49,111 bases of DNA from IMG/VR virus record IMGVR_UViG_2529292911_000007. The stretch is one strand, 5' to 3'. Made by a program: the position numbers and the translations under genes. A model generated the notes under the pieces. It did not search any database and was not told the origin of the DNA. It saw nothing but the letters and a program-made list of their open reading frames with translations. The stretch is from a virus (Duplodnaviria > Heunggongvirae > Uroviricota > Caudoviricetes). Shown one piece after another: positions 18,967-33,622 of the stretch (positions are counted from its first letter, which is position 1; each line of letters opens with the position of its first letter).

Positions 18967-19424
18967 ACAGAGTAACCGCGATTATCTCCGCTCTGGTTAT
19001 CTGCATCATCGTCTGCCTGTCATGGGCTGTTAATCATTACCGTGATAACGCCATTACCTACAAAGCCCAGCGCGACAAAAATGCCAGAGAACTGAAGCTG
19101 GCGAACGCGGCAATTACTGACATGCAGATGCGCCAGCGTGATGTTGCTGCACTGGATGAAAAATACACGAAGGAGTTAGCTAATGCGAAAGCTGAAAATG
19201 ATGCTCTGCGTGATGATGTTGCCGCTGGTCGTCGTCGGTTGCACATCAAAGCAGTCTGTCAGTCAGTGCGTGAAGCCACCACCGCCTCCGGCGTGGATAA
19301 TGCAGCCTCCCCCCGACTGGCAGACACCGCTGAACAGGATTGTTTCACCCTCAGAGAGAGGCTGATCACTATGCAAAAACAACTGGAAGGAACCCAGAAG
19401 TATATTAATGAGCAGTGCAGATAG
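18963..19424 (+). CDS. rzpD: Rz-like spanin (inner-membrane subunit)
   Basis: 153 aa from ATG 18963 overlapping the lysozyme stop; N-terminal TM segment then coiled-coil-like region. Confidence 0.7.
   Translation: MNRVTAIISALVICIIVCLSWAVNHYRDNAITYKAQRDKNARELKLANAAITDMQMRQRDVAALDEKYTKELANAKAENDALRDDVAAGRRRLHIKAVCQSVREATTASGVDNAASPRLADTAEQDCFTLRERLITMQKQLEGTQKYINEQCR
19183..19365 (+). CDS. rzoD: Rz1-like spanin (outer-membrane lipoprotein), embedded in the Rz +1 frame
   Basis: 60 aa with lipobox (LVVVGC) and a proline-rich tract, nested inside Rz. Confidence 0.6.
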   Translation: MRKLKMMLCVMMLPLVVVGCTSKQSVSQCVKPPPPPAWIMQPPPDWQTPLNRIVSPSERG

Positions 19425-19455
19425 AGCTGCCCATATCGATGGGCAACTCATGCAA

Positions 19456-19749
19456 TTATTGTGAGCAATACACACGCGCTTCCAGCGGAGTATAAATGCC
19501 TAAAGTAATAAAACCGAGCAATCCATTTACGAATGTTTGCTGGGTTTCTGTTTTAACAACATTTTCTGCGCCGCCACAAATTTTGGCTGCATCAACAGTT
19601 TTCTCCTGTCCAATTCCCGAAACGAAGAAGTGATGGGTGATGGTTTCCTTTGGTGTTACTGCTGTCGGTTTGTTTCCAACAGTAAACGTCTGTTGAGCAC
19701 ATCCTGTAATAAGCATTGCCAGAGCGGCAGAAAACAACATTTTTTTCAT
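19456..19749 (-). CDS. bor: Bor lipoprotein (serum-resistance family)
   Basis: 97 aa MKKMLFSAALAMLITGCAQQTFTV... with lipobox; matches lambda/DLP12 Bor. Confidence 0.8.
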   Translation of the reverse strand: MKKMLFSAALAMLITGCAQQTFTVGNKPTAVTPKETITHHFFVSGIGQEKTVDAAKICGGAENVVKTETQQTFVNGLLGFITLGIYTPLEARVYCSQ

Positions 19750-20111
19750 CTTATTATCCTGCATTGTTAAAAACGGCAGAATCCTATGTGACAACAATTA
19801 AACGATAGTTAAATGGATTGATGAAAATTAAAACTATATAGGTGTACGCTCAGACTATTGGAGGAAGTTGGGGACACTCAGAATCCTGTGGAATGAAATA
19901 AACCGGTCTATCCGTCTATTACCCTTTTAGCTGCGCTGTATCGTCGCCGTATTCCCGCATTAACCATGACCGTAGCCCGACGGGGAATTCCTTCTGCGTG
20001 AGTGTGCGGGAATAATCAAAAACGATGCACACCGGGTTTTACTGTGCTGACAGACGCAGGGTTACCCTCATAGTCGCTTTTCCGGTGCGATGGTGGAAGA
20101 AACCGGGATGT

Positions 20112-20306
20112 TCATCCATCATCACTTTGGATTGATGTATATGCTCTCTTTTCTGACGTTAGTCTCCGACGGCAGGCTTCAATGACCCAGGCTGAGAAAT
20201 TCCCAGACCCTTTTTGCTCAAGAGCGATGTTAATTTGTTCAATCATTTGGTTAGGAAAGCGGATGTTGCGGGTTGTTGTTCTGCGGGTTCTGTTCTTCGT
20301 TGACAT
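20112..20306 (-). CDS. Small ribbon-helix-helix-like protein (YlcI/DUF3950-like)
   Basis: 64-aa ORF between bor and cos. Confidence 0.35.
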   Translation of the reverse strand: MSTKNRTRRTTTRNIRFPNQMIEQINIALEQKGSGNFSAWVIEACRRRLTSEKRAYTSIQSDDG

Positions 20307-20505
20307 GAGGTTGCCCCGTATTCAGTGTCGCTGATTTGTATTGTCTGAAGTTGTTTTTACGTTAAGTTGATGCAGATCAATTAATACGATACCTGCGTCA
20401 TAATTGATTATTTGACGTGGTTTGATGGCGTAGATGCACGTTGTGACATGTAGATGATAATTATTATCATTTTGCGGGTCCTTTCCGGCGATCCGACAGG
20501 TTACG

Positions 20506-20517
20506 GGGCGGCGACCT
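20506..20517. other. cosN cohesive-end site (GGGCGGCGACCT); lambda genome left end
   Basis: The 12-nt lambda cohesive-end sequence is present; it is preceded by CGATCCGACAGGTTACG (lambda right end) and followed by the lambda cosB/Nu1 leader. Confidence 0.85.
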
Positions 20518-20694
20518 CGCGGGTTTTCGCTATTTATGAAAAATTTCCGGTTTAAGGCGTTTCCGTTCTTCTTCGTCATAACTTAATGTTTTTATTTAAA
20601 ATACCCTCTGAAAAGAAAGGAAACGACAGGTGCTGAAAGCGAGCTTTTTGGCCTCTGTCGTTTCCTTTCTCTGTTTTTGTCCGTGGAATGAACA

Positions 20695-21214
20695 ATGGAA
20701 GTCAACAAAAAGCAGCTGGCTGACATTTTCGGTGCGAGTATCCGTACCATTCAGAACTGGCAGGAACAGGGAATGCCCGTTCTGCGAGGCGGTGGCAAGG
20801 GTAATGAGGTGCTTTATGACTCTGCCGCCGTCATAAAATGGTATGCCGAAAGGGATGCTGAAATTGAGAACGAAAAGCTGCGCCGGGAGGTTGAAGAACT
20901 GCGGCAGGCCAGCGAGGCAGATCTCCAGCCAGGAACTATTGAGTACGAACGCCATCGACTTACGCGTGCGCAGGCCGACGCACAGGAACTGAAGAATGCC
21001 AGAGACTCCGCTGAAGTGGTGGAAACCGCATTCTGTACTTTCGTGTTGTCGCGGATCGCAGGTGAAATTGCCAGTATTCTCGACGGGCTCCCCCTGTCGG
21101 TGCAGCGGCGTTTTCCGGAACTGGAAAACCGACATGTTGATTTCCTGAAACGGGATATTATCAAAGCCATGAACAAAGCAGCCGCGCTGGATGAACTGAT
21201 ACCGGGGTTGCTGA

Positions 21215-21240
<26 letters not shown>
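20695..21240 (+). CDS. nu1: Terminase small subunit Nu1
   Basis: 181 aa; matches lambda Nu1 from memory (MEVNKKQLADIFGASIRTIQNWQEQGMPVLRGGGKGNEVLYDSAAVIKWYAERDAEIENEKLRREVEEL...). Confidence 0.95.
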
Positions 21241-24921
<3,681 letters not shown>

Positions 24922-24941
<20 letters not shown>

Positions 24942-26241
24942 TCTCCCGCATATTGCCAGCATGGCTTTTAATGAGCCGCTGATGCTTGAACCCGCCTATG
25001 CGCGGGTTTTCTTTTGTGCGCTTGCAGGCCAGCTTGGGATCAGCCGCCTGACGGATGCGGTGTCCGGCGACAGCCTGACTGCCCAGGAGGCACTCGCGAC
25101 GCTGGCATTATCCGGTGATGATGACGGACCACGACAGGCCCGCAGTTATCAGGTCATGAACGGCATCGCCGTGCTGCCGGTGTCCGGCACGCTGGTCAGC
25201 CGGACGCGGGCGCTGCAGCCGTATTCGGGGATGACCGGTTACAACGGCATTATCGCCCGTCTGCAACAGGCTGCCAGCGATCCGATGGTGGACGGCATTC
25301 TGCTGGATATGGACACACCGGGCGGGATGGTGGCGGGAGCATTTGACTGTGCTGACATCATCGCCCGTGTGCGAGACATAAAACCGGTATGGGCGCTGGC
25401 CAACGACATGAACTGCAGTGCAGGTCAGCTGCTTGCCAGCGCCGCCTCCCGGCGTCTGGTCACGCAGACCGCCCGGACAGGCTCCATCGGCGTCATGATG
25501 GCTCACAGTAATTACGGTGCTGCGCTGGAGAAACAGGGCGTGGAAATCACGCTGATTTACAGCGGCAGCCATAAGGTGGATGGCAACCCCTACAGCCATC
25601 TACCGGATGATGTCCGGGAAACACTGCAGTCCCGGATGGATGCAACCCGCCGGATGTTTGCACAGAAGGTGTCGGCATATACCGGCCTGTCCGTGCAGGC
25701 TGTGCTGGATACCGAGGCTGCAGTGTACAGCGGTCAGGAGGCCATTGATGCCGGACTGGCTGATGAACTTGTGAACAGTACCGATGCGATCACCGTCATG
25801 CGTGATGCACTGGATGCACGTAAATCCCGTCTCTCAGGAGGGCGAATGACCAAAGAGACTCAATCAACAACTGTTTCAGCCACTGCTTTGCAGGCTGACG
25901 TTACTGGCGTAGTGCAAGCGACGGAGGGCGAGAACGCCAGCGCTGCGCAGCCGGACGTGAACGCGCAGATCACCGCAGCGGTTGCGGCAGAAAACAGTCG
26001 CATTATGGGGATCCTCAACTGTGAGGAGGCTCACGGACGCGAAGAACAGGCATGCGTGCTGGCCGAAACCCCCGGTATGACCGTGGAAACGGCCCGCCGT
26101 ATTCTGGCCGCAGCACCACAGAGTGCACAGGCGCGCAGTGACACTGCGCTGGATCGTCTGATGCAGGGGGCACCGGCACCGCTGGCTGCAGGTAACCCGG
26201 CATCTGATGCCGTTAACGATTTGCTGAACACACCAGTGTAA
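24922..26241 (+). CDS. C: Head protease / minor capsid protein C
   Basis: GTG 24922 after GGAGGAG RBS gives 439 aa starting VTAELRNLPHIASMAFNEPLMLEPAYARVFF, the lambda gpC start; ClpP/S49-like fold. Confidence 0.9.
25636..26241 (+). CDS. nu3: Scaffolding protein Nu3 (in-frame internal start within C)
   Basis: In-frame ATG at 25636, corresponding to the lambda Nu3 start offset. Confidence 0.55.
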   Translation: MDATRRMFAQKVSAYTGLSVQAVLDTEAAVYSGQEAIDAGLADELVNSTDAITVMRDALDARKSRLSGGRMTKETQSTTVSATALQADVTGVVQATEGENASAAQPDVNAQITAAVAAENSRIMGILNCEEAHGREEQACVLAETPGMTVETARRILAAAPQSAQARSDTALDRLMQGAPAPLAAGNPASDAVNDLLNTPV

Positions 26242-26250
26242 GGGATGTTT

Positions 26251-26583
26251 ATGACGAGCAAAGAAACCTTTACCCATTACCAGCCGCTGGGCAACAGTGA
26301 CCCGGCTCATACCGCAACCGCGCCCGGCGGGTTGAGTGCGAAAGCGCCTGCAATGACCCCGCTGATGCTGGACACCTCCACCCGTAAGCTGGTTGCGTGG
26401 GATGGCACCACCGACGGTGCTGCCGTTGGCATTCTTGCAGTTGCTGCTGACCAGACCAGCACCACACTGACGTTCTACAAGTCCGGCACGTTCCGTTATG
26501 AGGATGTGCTCTGGCCGGAGGCTGCCAGCGACGAGACGAAAAAACGGACCGCGTTTGCCGGAACGGCAATCAGCATCGTTTAA
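26251..26583 (+). CDS. D: Head decoration protein D
   Basis: 110 aa [27 protein letters not shown]...; lambda gpD. Confidence 0.9.
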   Translation: MTSKETFTHYQPLGNSDPAHTATAPGGLSAKAPAMTPLMLDTSTRKLVAWDGTTDGAAVGILAVAADQTSTTLTFYKSGTFRYEDVLWPEAASDETKKRTAFAGTAISIV

Positions 26584-26638
26584 CCTGACCCTTCATCACT
26601 AAAGGCCGCCTGTGCGGCTTTTTTTACGGGATTTTTTT

Positions 26639-27664
26639 ATGTCGATGTACACAACCGCCCAGCTGCTGGCGGCAAATGAGCAGAAATTTAAGTTTGATCC
26701 GCTGTTTCTGCGTCTCTTTTTCCGTGAGAGCTATCCCTTCACCACGGAAAAAGTCTATCTCTCACAAATTCCTGGACTGGTAAACATGGCGCTGTACGTT
26801 TCGCCAATTGTTTCCGGTGAGGTTATCCGTTCCCGTGGCGGCTCCACCTCTGAATTTACGCCGGGTTATGTCAAGCCGAAGCATGAGGTGAATCCGCAGA
26901 TGACCCTGCGTCGCCTGCCGGATGAAGATCCGCAGAATCTGGCGGACCCGGCTTACCGCCGCCGTCGCATCATCCTGCAGAACATGCGTGACGAAGAGCT
27001 GGCCATTGCTCAGGTCGAAGAGATGCAGGCAGTTTCTGCCGTGCTCAAGGGCAAATACACCATGACCGGTGAAGCCTTCGATCCGGTTGAGGTGGATATG
27101 GGCCGCAGTGAGGCGAATAACATCACGCAGTCCGGCGGCACGGAGTGGAGCAAGCGTGACAAGTCCACGTATGACCCGACCGACGATATCGAAGCCTACG
27201 CGCTGAACGCCAGCGGTGTGGTGAATATCATCGTGTTTGATCCGAAAGGCTGGGCGCTGTTCCGTTCCTTCAAAGCCGTCAAGGAGAAGCTGGATACCCG
27301 TCGCGGCTCTCATTCCGAGCTGGAGACAGCGGTAAAAGACCTGGGCAAAGCGGTGTCCTATAAGGGAATGTATGGCGATGTGGCCATCGTCGTGTATTCC
27401 GGACAGTACGTGGAAAACGGCGTCAAAAAGAACTTCCTGCCGGACAACACGATGGTGCTGGGGAACACTCAGGCTCGCGGTCTGCGCACCTATGGCTGCA
27501 TTCAGGATGCGGACGCACAGCGCGAAGGCATTAACGCCTCTGCCCGTTACCCGAAAAACTGGGTGACTACCGGCGATCCGGCGCGTGAGTTCACCATGAT
27601 TCAGTCAGCACCGCTGATGCTGCTGGCTGATCCTGATGAGTTCGTGTCCGTTCAACTGGCGTAA
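26639..27664 (+). CDS. E: Major capsid protein E
   Basis: 341 aa MSMYTTAQLLAANEQKFKFDPLFLRLFFRESYPFTTEKVYLSQIPGLVNMALYVSPIVSGEVIRS...; lambda gpE. Confidence 0.95.
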   Translation: MSMYTTAQLLAANEQKFKFDPLFLRLFFRESYPFTTEKVYLSQIPGLVNMALYVSPIVSGEVIRSRGGSTSEFTPGYVKPKHEVNPQMTLRRLPDEDPQNLADPAYRRRRIILQNMRDEELAIAQVEEMQAVSAVLKGKYTMTGEAFDPVEVDMGRSEANNITQSGGTEWSKRDKSTYDPTDDIEAYALNASGVVNIIVFDPKGWALFRSFKAVKEKLDTRRGSHSELETAVKDLGKAVSYKGMYGDVAIVVYSGQYVENGVKKNFLPDNTMVLGNTQARGLRTYGCIQDADAQREGINASARYPKNWVTTGDPAREFTMIQSAPLMLLADPDEFVSVQLA

Positions 27665-27705
27665 TCATGGCCCTTCGGGGCCATTTTCTCTCTGTGGAGG
27701 AGTTC

Positions 27706-28101
27706 ATGACGAAAGATGAACTGATTGCCCGTCTTCAGGTGCTGGGTGAGCAACTGAACCGTGATGTCAGCCTGACGGGGACGAAAGAAGAACTGGTGCT
27801 CCGTGTGGCAGAGCTGGAAGAGGAGCTTGATGACACGGATGACGCTGCCGGTCAGGACACATCTGTCAGCCCGGAAAATGCGCTGACCGGACATGAAAAT
27901 GAGGTGGTATCAGCGCAGCCGGATACCGTGATTGATACGGCTGCTCTGGTCACGGTTGTGGCACTGGTGACGCTGCATACTGATGCACTTCACGCCACGC
28001 GGGATGAGCCTGTGGCATTTGTGCTGCCGGGAACGGCGTTTCGTGTCTCTGCCGGTGTGGCAGCCGAAATGACAGAACATGGCCTGGCCAGAATGCAATA
28101 A
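27706..28101 (+). CDS. FI: DNA-packaging protein FI
   Basis: MTKDELIARLQVLGEQLNRDVSLTGTKEEL...; lambda gpFI; GGAGG RBS. Confidence 0.85.
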   Translation: MTKDELIARLQVLGEQLNRDVSLTGTKEELVLRVAELEEELDDTDDAAGQDTSVSPENALTGHENEVVSAQPDTVIDTAALVTVVALVTLHTDALHATRDEPVAFVLPGTAFRVSAGVAAEMTEHGLARMQ

Positions 28102-28112
28102 CGGGAGGCGCT

Positions 28113-28466
28113 GTGGCTGATTTCGATAACCTGTTCGATGCTGCCATTGCCCGCGCCGATGAAACGATACGCGGGTACATGGGAACGTCAGCCACCATGA
28201 CATCCGGTGAGCAGTCAGGTGCGGTGATACGTGGTGTTTTTGATGACCCTGAAAATATCAGCTATGCCGGACAGGGCGTGCGCGTTGAAGGCTCCAGCCC
28301 GTCCCTGTTTGTCCGGACTGATGATGTGCGGCAGCTGCGGCGTGGAGACACACTGACCATCGGCGAGGAAAACTTCTGGGTGGACCGGATTTCGCCGGAT
28401 GATGGCGGAAGCTGTCATCTCTGGCTTGGGCGTGGCGTGCCGCCTGCCGTTAACCGTCGCCGCTGA
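28113..28466 (+). CDS. FII: Head-tail connector FII
   Basis: 117 aa MADFDNLFDAAIARADETIRGYMGTSATMTSGEQSGAVIRGVFDDPENISYAGQGVRVEGSSPSLFVRTDD...; lambda gpFII. Confidence 0.9.
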   Translation: MADFDNLFDAAIARADETIRGYMGTSATMTSGEQSGAVIRGVFDDPENISYAGQGVRVEGSSPSLFVRTDDVRQLRRGDTLTIGEENFWVDRISPDDGGSCHLWLGRGVPPAVNRRR

Positions 28467-28477
28467 AAGGGGGATGT

Positions 28478-29056
28478 ATGGCCATAAAAGGTCTTGAGCA
28501 GGCCGTTGAAAACCTCAGCCGTATCAGCAAAACGGCGGTGCCTGGTGCCGCCGCAATGGCCATTAACCGCGTTGCGTCATCCGCGATATCGCAGTCGGCG
28601 TCACAGGTTGCCCGTGAGACAAAGGTACGCCGGAAACTGGTAAAGGAAAGGGCCAGGCTGAAAAGGGCCACGGTCAAAAATCCGCAGGCCAGAATCAAAG
28701 TTAACCGGGGGGATTTGCCCGTAATAAAGCTGGGTAACGCGCGGGTTGTCCTGTCCCGACGCAGGCGTCGTAAAAAGGGGCAGCGTTCAGCCCTGAAAGG
28801 TGGCGGCAGTGTGCTTGTGGTGGGAAACCGTCGTATTCCCGGCACGTTTATTCAGCAACTGAAAAACGGCCGGTGGCATGTTATGCAGCGTGTGGCCGGG
28901 AAAAACCGTTACCCCATTGATGTAGTGAAAATCCCGATGGCGGTGCCGCTGACCACGGCGTTTAAACAGAATATTGAACGGATACGGCGTGAACGTCTTC
29001 CGAAAGAGCTGGGCTATGCGCTGCAGCATCAACTGAGGATGGTAATAAAGCGATGA
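28478..29056 (+). CDS. Z: Tail completion protein Z
   Basis: 192 aa; lambda gpZ position and length. Confidence 0.9.
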   Translation: MAIKGLEQAVENLSRISKTAVPGAAAMAINRVASSAISQSASQVARETKVRRKLVKERARLKRATVKNPQARIKVNRGDLPVIKLGNARVVLSRRRRRKKGQRSALKGGGSVLVVGNRRIPGTFIQQLKNGRWHVMQRVAGKNRYPIDVVKIPMAVPLTTAFKQNIERIRRERLPKELGYALQHQLRMVIKR

Positions 29057-29448
29057 AACATACTGAACTCCGTGCAGCCGTACTGGATGCACTGGAGAAG
29101 CATGACACCGGGGCGACGTTTTTTGATGGTCGCCCCGCTGTTTTTGATGAGGCGGATTTTCCGGCAGTTGCCGTTTATCTCACCGGCGCTGAATACACGG
29201 GCGAAGAGCTGGACAGCGATACCTGGCAGGCGGAGCTGCATATCGAAGTTTTCCTGCCTGCTCAGGTGCCGGATTCAGAGCTGGATGCGTGGATGGAGTC
29301 CCGGATTTATCCGGTGATGAGCGATATCCCGGCACTGTCAGATTTGATCACCAGTATGGTGGCCAGCGGCTATGACTACCGGCGCGACGATGATGCGGGC
29401 CTGTGGAGTTCAGCCGATCTGACTTATGTCATTACCTATGAAATGTGA
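29053..29448 (+). CDS. U: Tail terminator protein U
   Basis: 131 aa; lambda gpU position and length. Confidence 0.9.
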   Translation: MKHTELRAAVLDALEKHDTGATFFDGRPAVFDEADFPAVAVYLTGAEYTGEELDSDTWQAELHIEVFLPAQVPDSELDAWMESRIYPVMSDIPALSDLITSMVASGYDYRRDDDAGLWSSADLTYVITYEM

Positions 29449-29455
29449 GGACGCT

Positions 29456-30196
29456 ATGCCTGTACCAAATCCTGTAATGCCGGTGAAAGGTGCCGGGACC
29501 ACCCTGTGGGTTTATAAGGGGAGCGGTGACCCTTATGCGAATCCGCTTTCAGACGTTGACTGGTCGCGTCTGGCAAAAGTTAAAGACCTGACGCCCGGCG
29601 AACTGACCGCTGAGTCCTATGACGACAGCTATCTCGATGATGAAGATGCAGACTGGACTGCGACCGGGCAGGGGCAGAAATCTGCCGGAGATACCAGCTT
29701 CACGCTGGCGTGGATGCCCGGAGAGCAGGGGCAGCAGGCGCTGCTGGCGTGGTTTAATGAAGGCGATACCCGTGCCTATAAAATCCGCTTCCCGAACGGC
29801 ACGGTCGATGTGTTCCGTGGCTGGGTCAGCAGTATCGGTAAGGCGGTGACGGCGAAGGAAGTGATCACCCGCACGGTGAAAGTCACCAATGTGGGACGTC
29901 CGTCGATGGCAGAAGATCGCAGCACGGTAACAGCGGCAACCGGTATGACCGTGACGCCAGCCAGCGCTTCCGTAGTGAAAGGGAAGAGCACCACGCTGAC
30001 CGTGGCATTCCAGCCGGAAGGCGCAACCGACAAGAGCTTCCGTGCGGTGTCAGCGGATAAAACAAAAGCCACCGTGTCGGTCAGTGGTATGACCATCACC
30101 GTGAATGGCGTTGCTGCAGGTAAGGTCAACATTCCGGTCGTATCCGGTAATGGTGAGTTTGCTGCGGTTGCAGAAATCACCGTCACCGCCAGTTAA
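29456..30196 (+). CDS. V: Major tail tube protein V (with C-terminal Ig-like domain)
   Basis: 246 aa starting [45 protein letters not shown]...; lambda gpV. Confidence 0.9.
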   Translation: MPVPNPVMPVKGAGTTLWVYKGSGDPYANPLSDVDWSRLAKVKDLTPGELTAESYDDSYLDDEDADWTATGQGQKSAGDTSFTLAWMPGEQGQQALLAWFNEGDTRAYKIRFPNGTVDVFRGWVSSIGKAVTAKEVITRTVKVTNVGRPSMAEDRSTVTAATGMTVTPASASVVKGKSTTLTVAFQPEGATDKSFRAVSADKTKATVSVSGMTITVNGVAAGKVNIPVVSGNGEFAAVAEITVTAS

Positions 30197-30211
30197 TCCG
30201 GAGAGTCAGAG

Positions 30212-30634
30212 ATGTTCCTGAAAACCGAATCATTTGAACATAACGGCGTGACCGTCACGCTTTCTGAACTGTCAGCCCTGCAGCGTATTGAGCATCTCGC
30301 CCTGATGAAACGGCAGGCAGAACAGGCGGAGTCAGACAGCAACCGGCAGGTTACTGTGGAAGACGTCATCAGAACCGGTGCTTGTGTGGTGGCGATGTCC
30401 CTGTGGCATAACCATCCGAAGAAGACGCAGATGCCGTCCATGAATGAAGCCGTTAAACAGATTGAGCAGGAAGTGCTTACCACCTGGCCTACAGAGGCAA
30501 TTTCTCATGCTGAAAACGTGGTGTACCGGCTGTCCGGTATGTATGAGTTTGTGGTGAATGATGCCCCTGAACAGGCAGAGGACGCTGGGCCTGCAGAGCC
30601 TGTTTCTGCGGGAAAGTGTTCGACGGTGAGCTGA
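30212..30634 (+). CDS. G: Tail assembly chaperone G
   Basis: 140 aa; lambda gpG position; ends just after the slippery site. Confidence 0.9.
   Translation: MFLKTESFEHNGVTVTLSELSALQRIEHLALMKRQAEQAESDSNRQVTVEDVIRTGACVVAMSLWHNHPKKTQMPSMNEAVKQIEQEVLTTWPTEAISHAENVVYRLSGMYEFVVNDAPEQAEDAGPAEPVSAGKCSTVS
30610..30616 (+). promoter_or_regulatory. Programmed -1 ribosomal frameshift slippery heptamer GGGAAAG (G to G-T fusion)
   Basis: Heptamer present at the 3' end of G with the T frame open downstream (30616-31050), as in lambda. Confidence 0.75.
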
Positions 30635-31050
30635 GTTTTGCCCTGAAACTGGCGCGCGAGATGGGGCGACCCGACTGGCGTGCCATGCTTGCCGGGATGT
30701 CATCCACGGAGTATGCCGACTGGCACCGCTTTTACAGTACCCATTATTTTCATGATGTTCTGCTGGATATGCACTTTTCCGGGCTGACGTACACCGTGCT
30801 CAGCCTGTTTTTCAGCGATCCGGATATGCATCCGCTGGATTTCAGTCTGCTGAACCGGCGTGAGGCTGACGAAGAGCCTGAAGATGATGTGCTGATGCAG
30901 AAAGCGGCAGGGCTTGCCGGAGGCGTTCGTTTTGGCCCGGACGGGAATGAAGTTATCCCCGCTTCCCCGGATGTGGCGGACATGACGGAGGATGACGTAA
31001 TGCTGATGACAGTATCAGAAGGGATCGCAGGAGGAGTCCGGTATGGCTGA
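30616..31050 (+). CDS. T: T portion of the tail assembly chaperone G-T frameshift product
   Basis: -1-frame ORF overlapping the G end and H start; conserved lambda arrangement. Confidence 0.7.
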   Translation: MFDGELSFALKLAREMGRPDWRAMLAGMSSTEYADWHRFYSTHYFHDVLLDMHFSGLTYTVLSLFFSDPDMHPLDFSLLNRREADEEPEDDVLMQKAAGLAGGVRFGPDGNEVIPASPDVADMTEDDVMLMTVSEGIAGGVRYG

Positions 31051-33622
31051 ACCGGTAGGCGATCTGGTCGTTGATTTAAGTCTGGATGCGGCCAGATTTG
31101 ACGAGCAGATGGCCAGAGTCAGGCGTCATTTTTCCGGTACGGAAACTGATGCGAAAAAAACAGCGGCAGTCGTTGAACAGTCGCTGAGCCGACAGGCGCT
31201 GGCTGCACAGAAAGCGGGGATTTCCGTCGGGCAGTATAAAGCCGCCATGCGTATGCTGCCTGCACAGTTCACCGACGTGGCCACGCAGCTTGCAGGCGGG
31301 CAAAGTCCGTGGCTGATCCTGCTGCAACAGGGTGGTCAGGTTAAGGACTCCTTCGGCGGGATGATCCCCATGTTCAGGGGGCTTGCCGGTGCGATCACCC
31401 TGCCGATGGTGGGGGCCACCTCGCTGGCGGTGGCGACCGGTGCGCTGGCGTATGCCTGGTATCAGGGCAACTCAACCCTGTCCGATTTCAACAAAAGGCT
31501 GGTCCTTTCCGGCAATCAGGCGGGACTGACGGCAGATCGTATTCTGGCCCTGTCCAGAGCCGGGCAGGCGGCAGGGCTGACGTTTAACCAGACCAGCGAG
31601 TCACTGACGGCGCTGGTGAATGCCGGTGTGCGTGGTGGTGAGCAGTTTGAGGCGATCAGCCAGAGTGTGGCGCGTTTCTCCTCTGCATCCGGCGTGGAGG
31701 TGGACAAGGTCGCTGAAGCCTTCGGGAAGCTGACCACAGACCCGACGTCGGGACTGACAGCGATGGCACGTCAGTTCCATAACGTGACGGCGGAGCAGAT
31801 TGCGTATGTTGCTCAGTTGCAGCGTTCCGGAGATGAAGCCGGGGCATTGCAGGCGGCGAACGAGGCCGCAACGAAAGGGTTTGATGACCAGACCCGCCGC
31901 CTGAAAGAGAACATGGGCACGCTGGAGACCTGGGCAGACAGGACAGCACGGGCATTCAAATCCATGTGGGATTCGGTGCTGGATATTGGTCGCCCGGACA
32001 CTGCCCAGGGAATGCTGGAGAAAGCAGAAAAGGCTTTTGATGAGGCGGACAAAAAATGGCAGTGGTATCAGAGCCGGAGCCACCGGCGCGGTAAAACCTC
32101 AGCATTTCTTGCCAATCTCCGGGGAGCATGGGAGGACAGAGCGAATGCGCAACTTGGGCTTTCAGCCGCCACGTTGCAGGCCGATCTTGAAAAGGCCAGA
32201 GAGATGGCAGCAAAGGACTGGGCCGAGTCTGAGGCATCACGGCTGAAATATACCGAAGAGGCGCAGAAGGCTTACGAACGCCTGCAGACGCCGCTGGAGA
32301 AATATACCGCCCGTCAGGAAGAACTGAACAAGGCACTGAAAGACGGGAAAATCCTGCAGGCAGATTACAACACGCTGATGGCGGCGGCGAAAAAGGATTA
32401 TGAAGCGACGCTGAAAAAGCCGAAACAGTCCGGCGTGAAAGTGTCTGCGGGCGATCGTCAGGAAGACAGTGCTCATGCTGCCCTGCTGACGCTTCAGGCT
32501 GAACTCCGGACGCTGGAGAAGCATGCCGGAGCAAATGAGAAAATCAGCCAGCAGCGCCGGGATTTGTGGAAGGCGGAGAGTCAGTTCGCGGTACTGGAGG
32601 AGGCGGCGCAACGTCGCCAGCTGTCCGCACAGGAGAAATCCCTGCTGGCGCATAAAGATGAGACGCTGGAGTACAAACGCCAGCTGGCTGCACTTGGCGA
32701 CAAGGTTACGTATCAGGAGCGCCTGAACGCGCTGGCGCAGCAGGCGGATAAATTCGCACAGCAGCAACGGGCAAAACGGGCCGCCATTGATGCGAAAAGC
32801 CGGGGGCTGACTGACCGGCAGGCAGCGCGGGAAGCCACGGAACAGCGCCTGAAGGAACAGTATGGCGATAATCCGCTGGCGCTGAATAACGTCATGTCAG
32901 AGCAGAAAAAGACCTGGGCGGCTGAAGACCAGCTTCGCGGGAGCTGGATGGCAGGCCTGACGTCCGGCTGGAGTGAGTGGGAAGAGAGCGCCACGGACAG
33001 TATGTCGCAGGTAAAAAGTGCAGCCACGCAGACCTTTGATGGTATTGCACAGAATATGGCGGCGATGCTGACCGGCAGTGAGCAGAACTGGCGCAGCTTC
33101 ACCCGTTCCGTGCTGTCCATGATGACAGAAATTCTGCTTAAGCAGGCAATGGTGGGGATTGTCGGGAGTATCGGCAGCGCCATTGGCGGGGCTGTTGGTG
33201 GCGGCGCATCCGCGTCAGGCGGTACAGCCATTCAGGCCGCTGCGGCGAAATTCCATTTTGCAACCGGAGGATTTACGGGAACCGGCGGCAAATATGAGCC
33301 AGCGGGGATTGTTCACCGTGGTGAATTTGTCTTCACAAAGGAGGCAACCAGCCGGATTGGCGTGGGGAATCTCTACCGGCTGATGCGCGGCTATGCCACC
33401 GGTGGTTATGTCGGTACACCGGGCAGTCTGGCTGACAGCCGATCGCAGGCGTCCGGGACGTTTGAGCAGAATAACCATGTGGTGATTAACAACGACGGCA
33501 CGAACGGGCAGATAGGTCCGGCTGCTCTGAAGGCGGTGTATGACATGGCCCGCAAGGGTGCCCGTGATGAAATTCAGACACAGATGCGTGATGGTGGACT
33601 GTTCTCCGGAGGTGGACGATGA
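31043..33622 (+). CDS. H: Tail tape-measure protein H
   Basis: 859 aa MAEPVGDLVVDLSLDAARFDEQMARVRRHF...; lambda gpH. Confidence 0.95.
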   Translation: MAEPVGDLVVDLSLDAARFDEQMARVRRHFSGTETDAKKTAAVVEQSLSRQALAAQKAGISVGQYKAAMRMLPAQFTDVATQLAGGQSPWLILLQQGGQVKDSFGGMIPMFRGLAGAITLPMVGATSLAVATGALAYAWYQGNSTLSDFNKRLVLSGNQAGLTADRILALSRAGQAAGLTFNQTSESLTALVNAGVRGGEQFEAISQSVARFSSASGVEVDKVAEAFGKLTTDPTSGLTAMARQFHNVTAEQIAYVAQLQRSGDEAGALQAANEAATKGFDDQTRRLKENMGTLETWADRTARAFKSMWDSVLDIGRPDTAQGMLEKAEKAFDEADKKWQWYQSRSHRRGKTSAFLANLRGAWEDRANAQLGLSAATLQADLEKAREMAAKDWAESEASRLKYTEEAQKAYERLQTPLEKYTARQEELNKALKDGKILQADYNTLMAAAKKDYEATLKKPKQSGVKVSAGDRQEDSAHAALLTLQAELRTLEKHAGANEKISQQRRDLWKAESQFAVLEEAAQRRQLSAQEKSLLAHKDETLEYKRQLAALGDKVTYQERLNALAQQADKFAQQQRAKRAAIDAKSRGLTDRQAAREATEQRLKEQYGDNPLALNNVMSEQKKTWAAEDQLRGSWMAGLTSGWSEWEESATDSMSQVKSAATQTFDGIAQNMAAMLTGSEQNWRSFTRSVLSMMTEILLKQAMVGIVGSIGSAIGGAVGGGASASGGTAIQAAAAKFHFATGGFTGTGGKYEPAGIVHRGEFVFTKEATSRIGVGNLYRLMRGYATGGYVGTPGSLADSRSQASGTFEQNNHVVINNDGTNGQIGPAALKAVYDMARKGARDEIQTQMRDGGLFSGGGR

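Noticed and set aside
20322-20579. 85-aa minus-strand ORF in the AT-rich region spanning cosN
   Set aside because: Covers the cohesive-end site and cosQ-like region, where coding sequence is not expected; poor start context.
20596-21135. 179-aa minus-strand ORF overlapping cos and nu1
   Set aside because: Overlaps the Nu1 gene and the cos site; no plausible start context; likely spurious.
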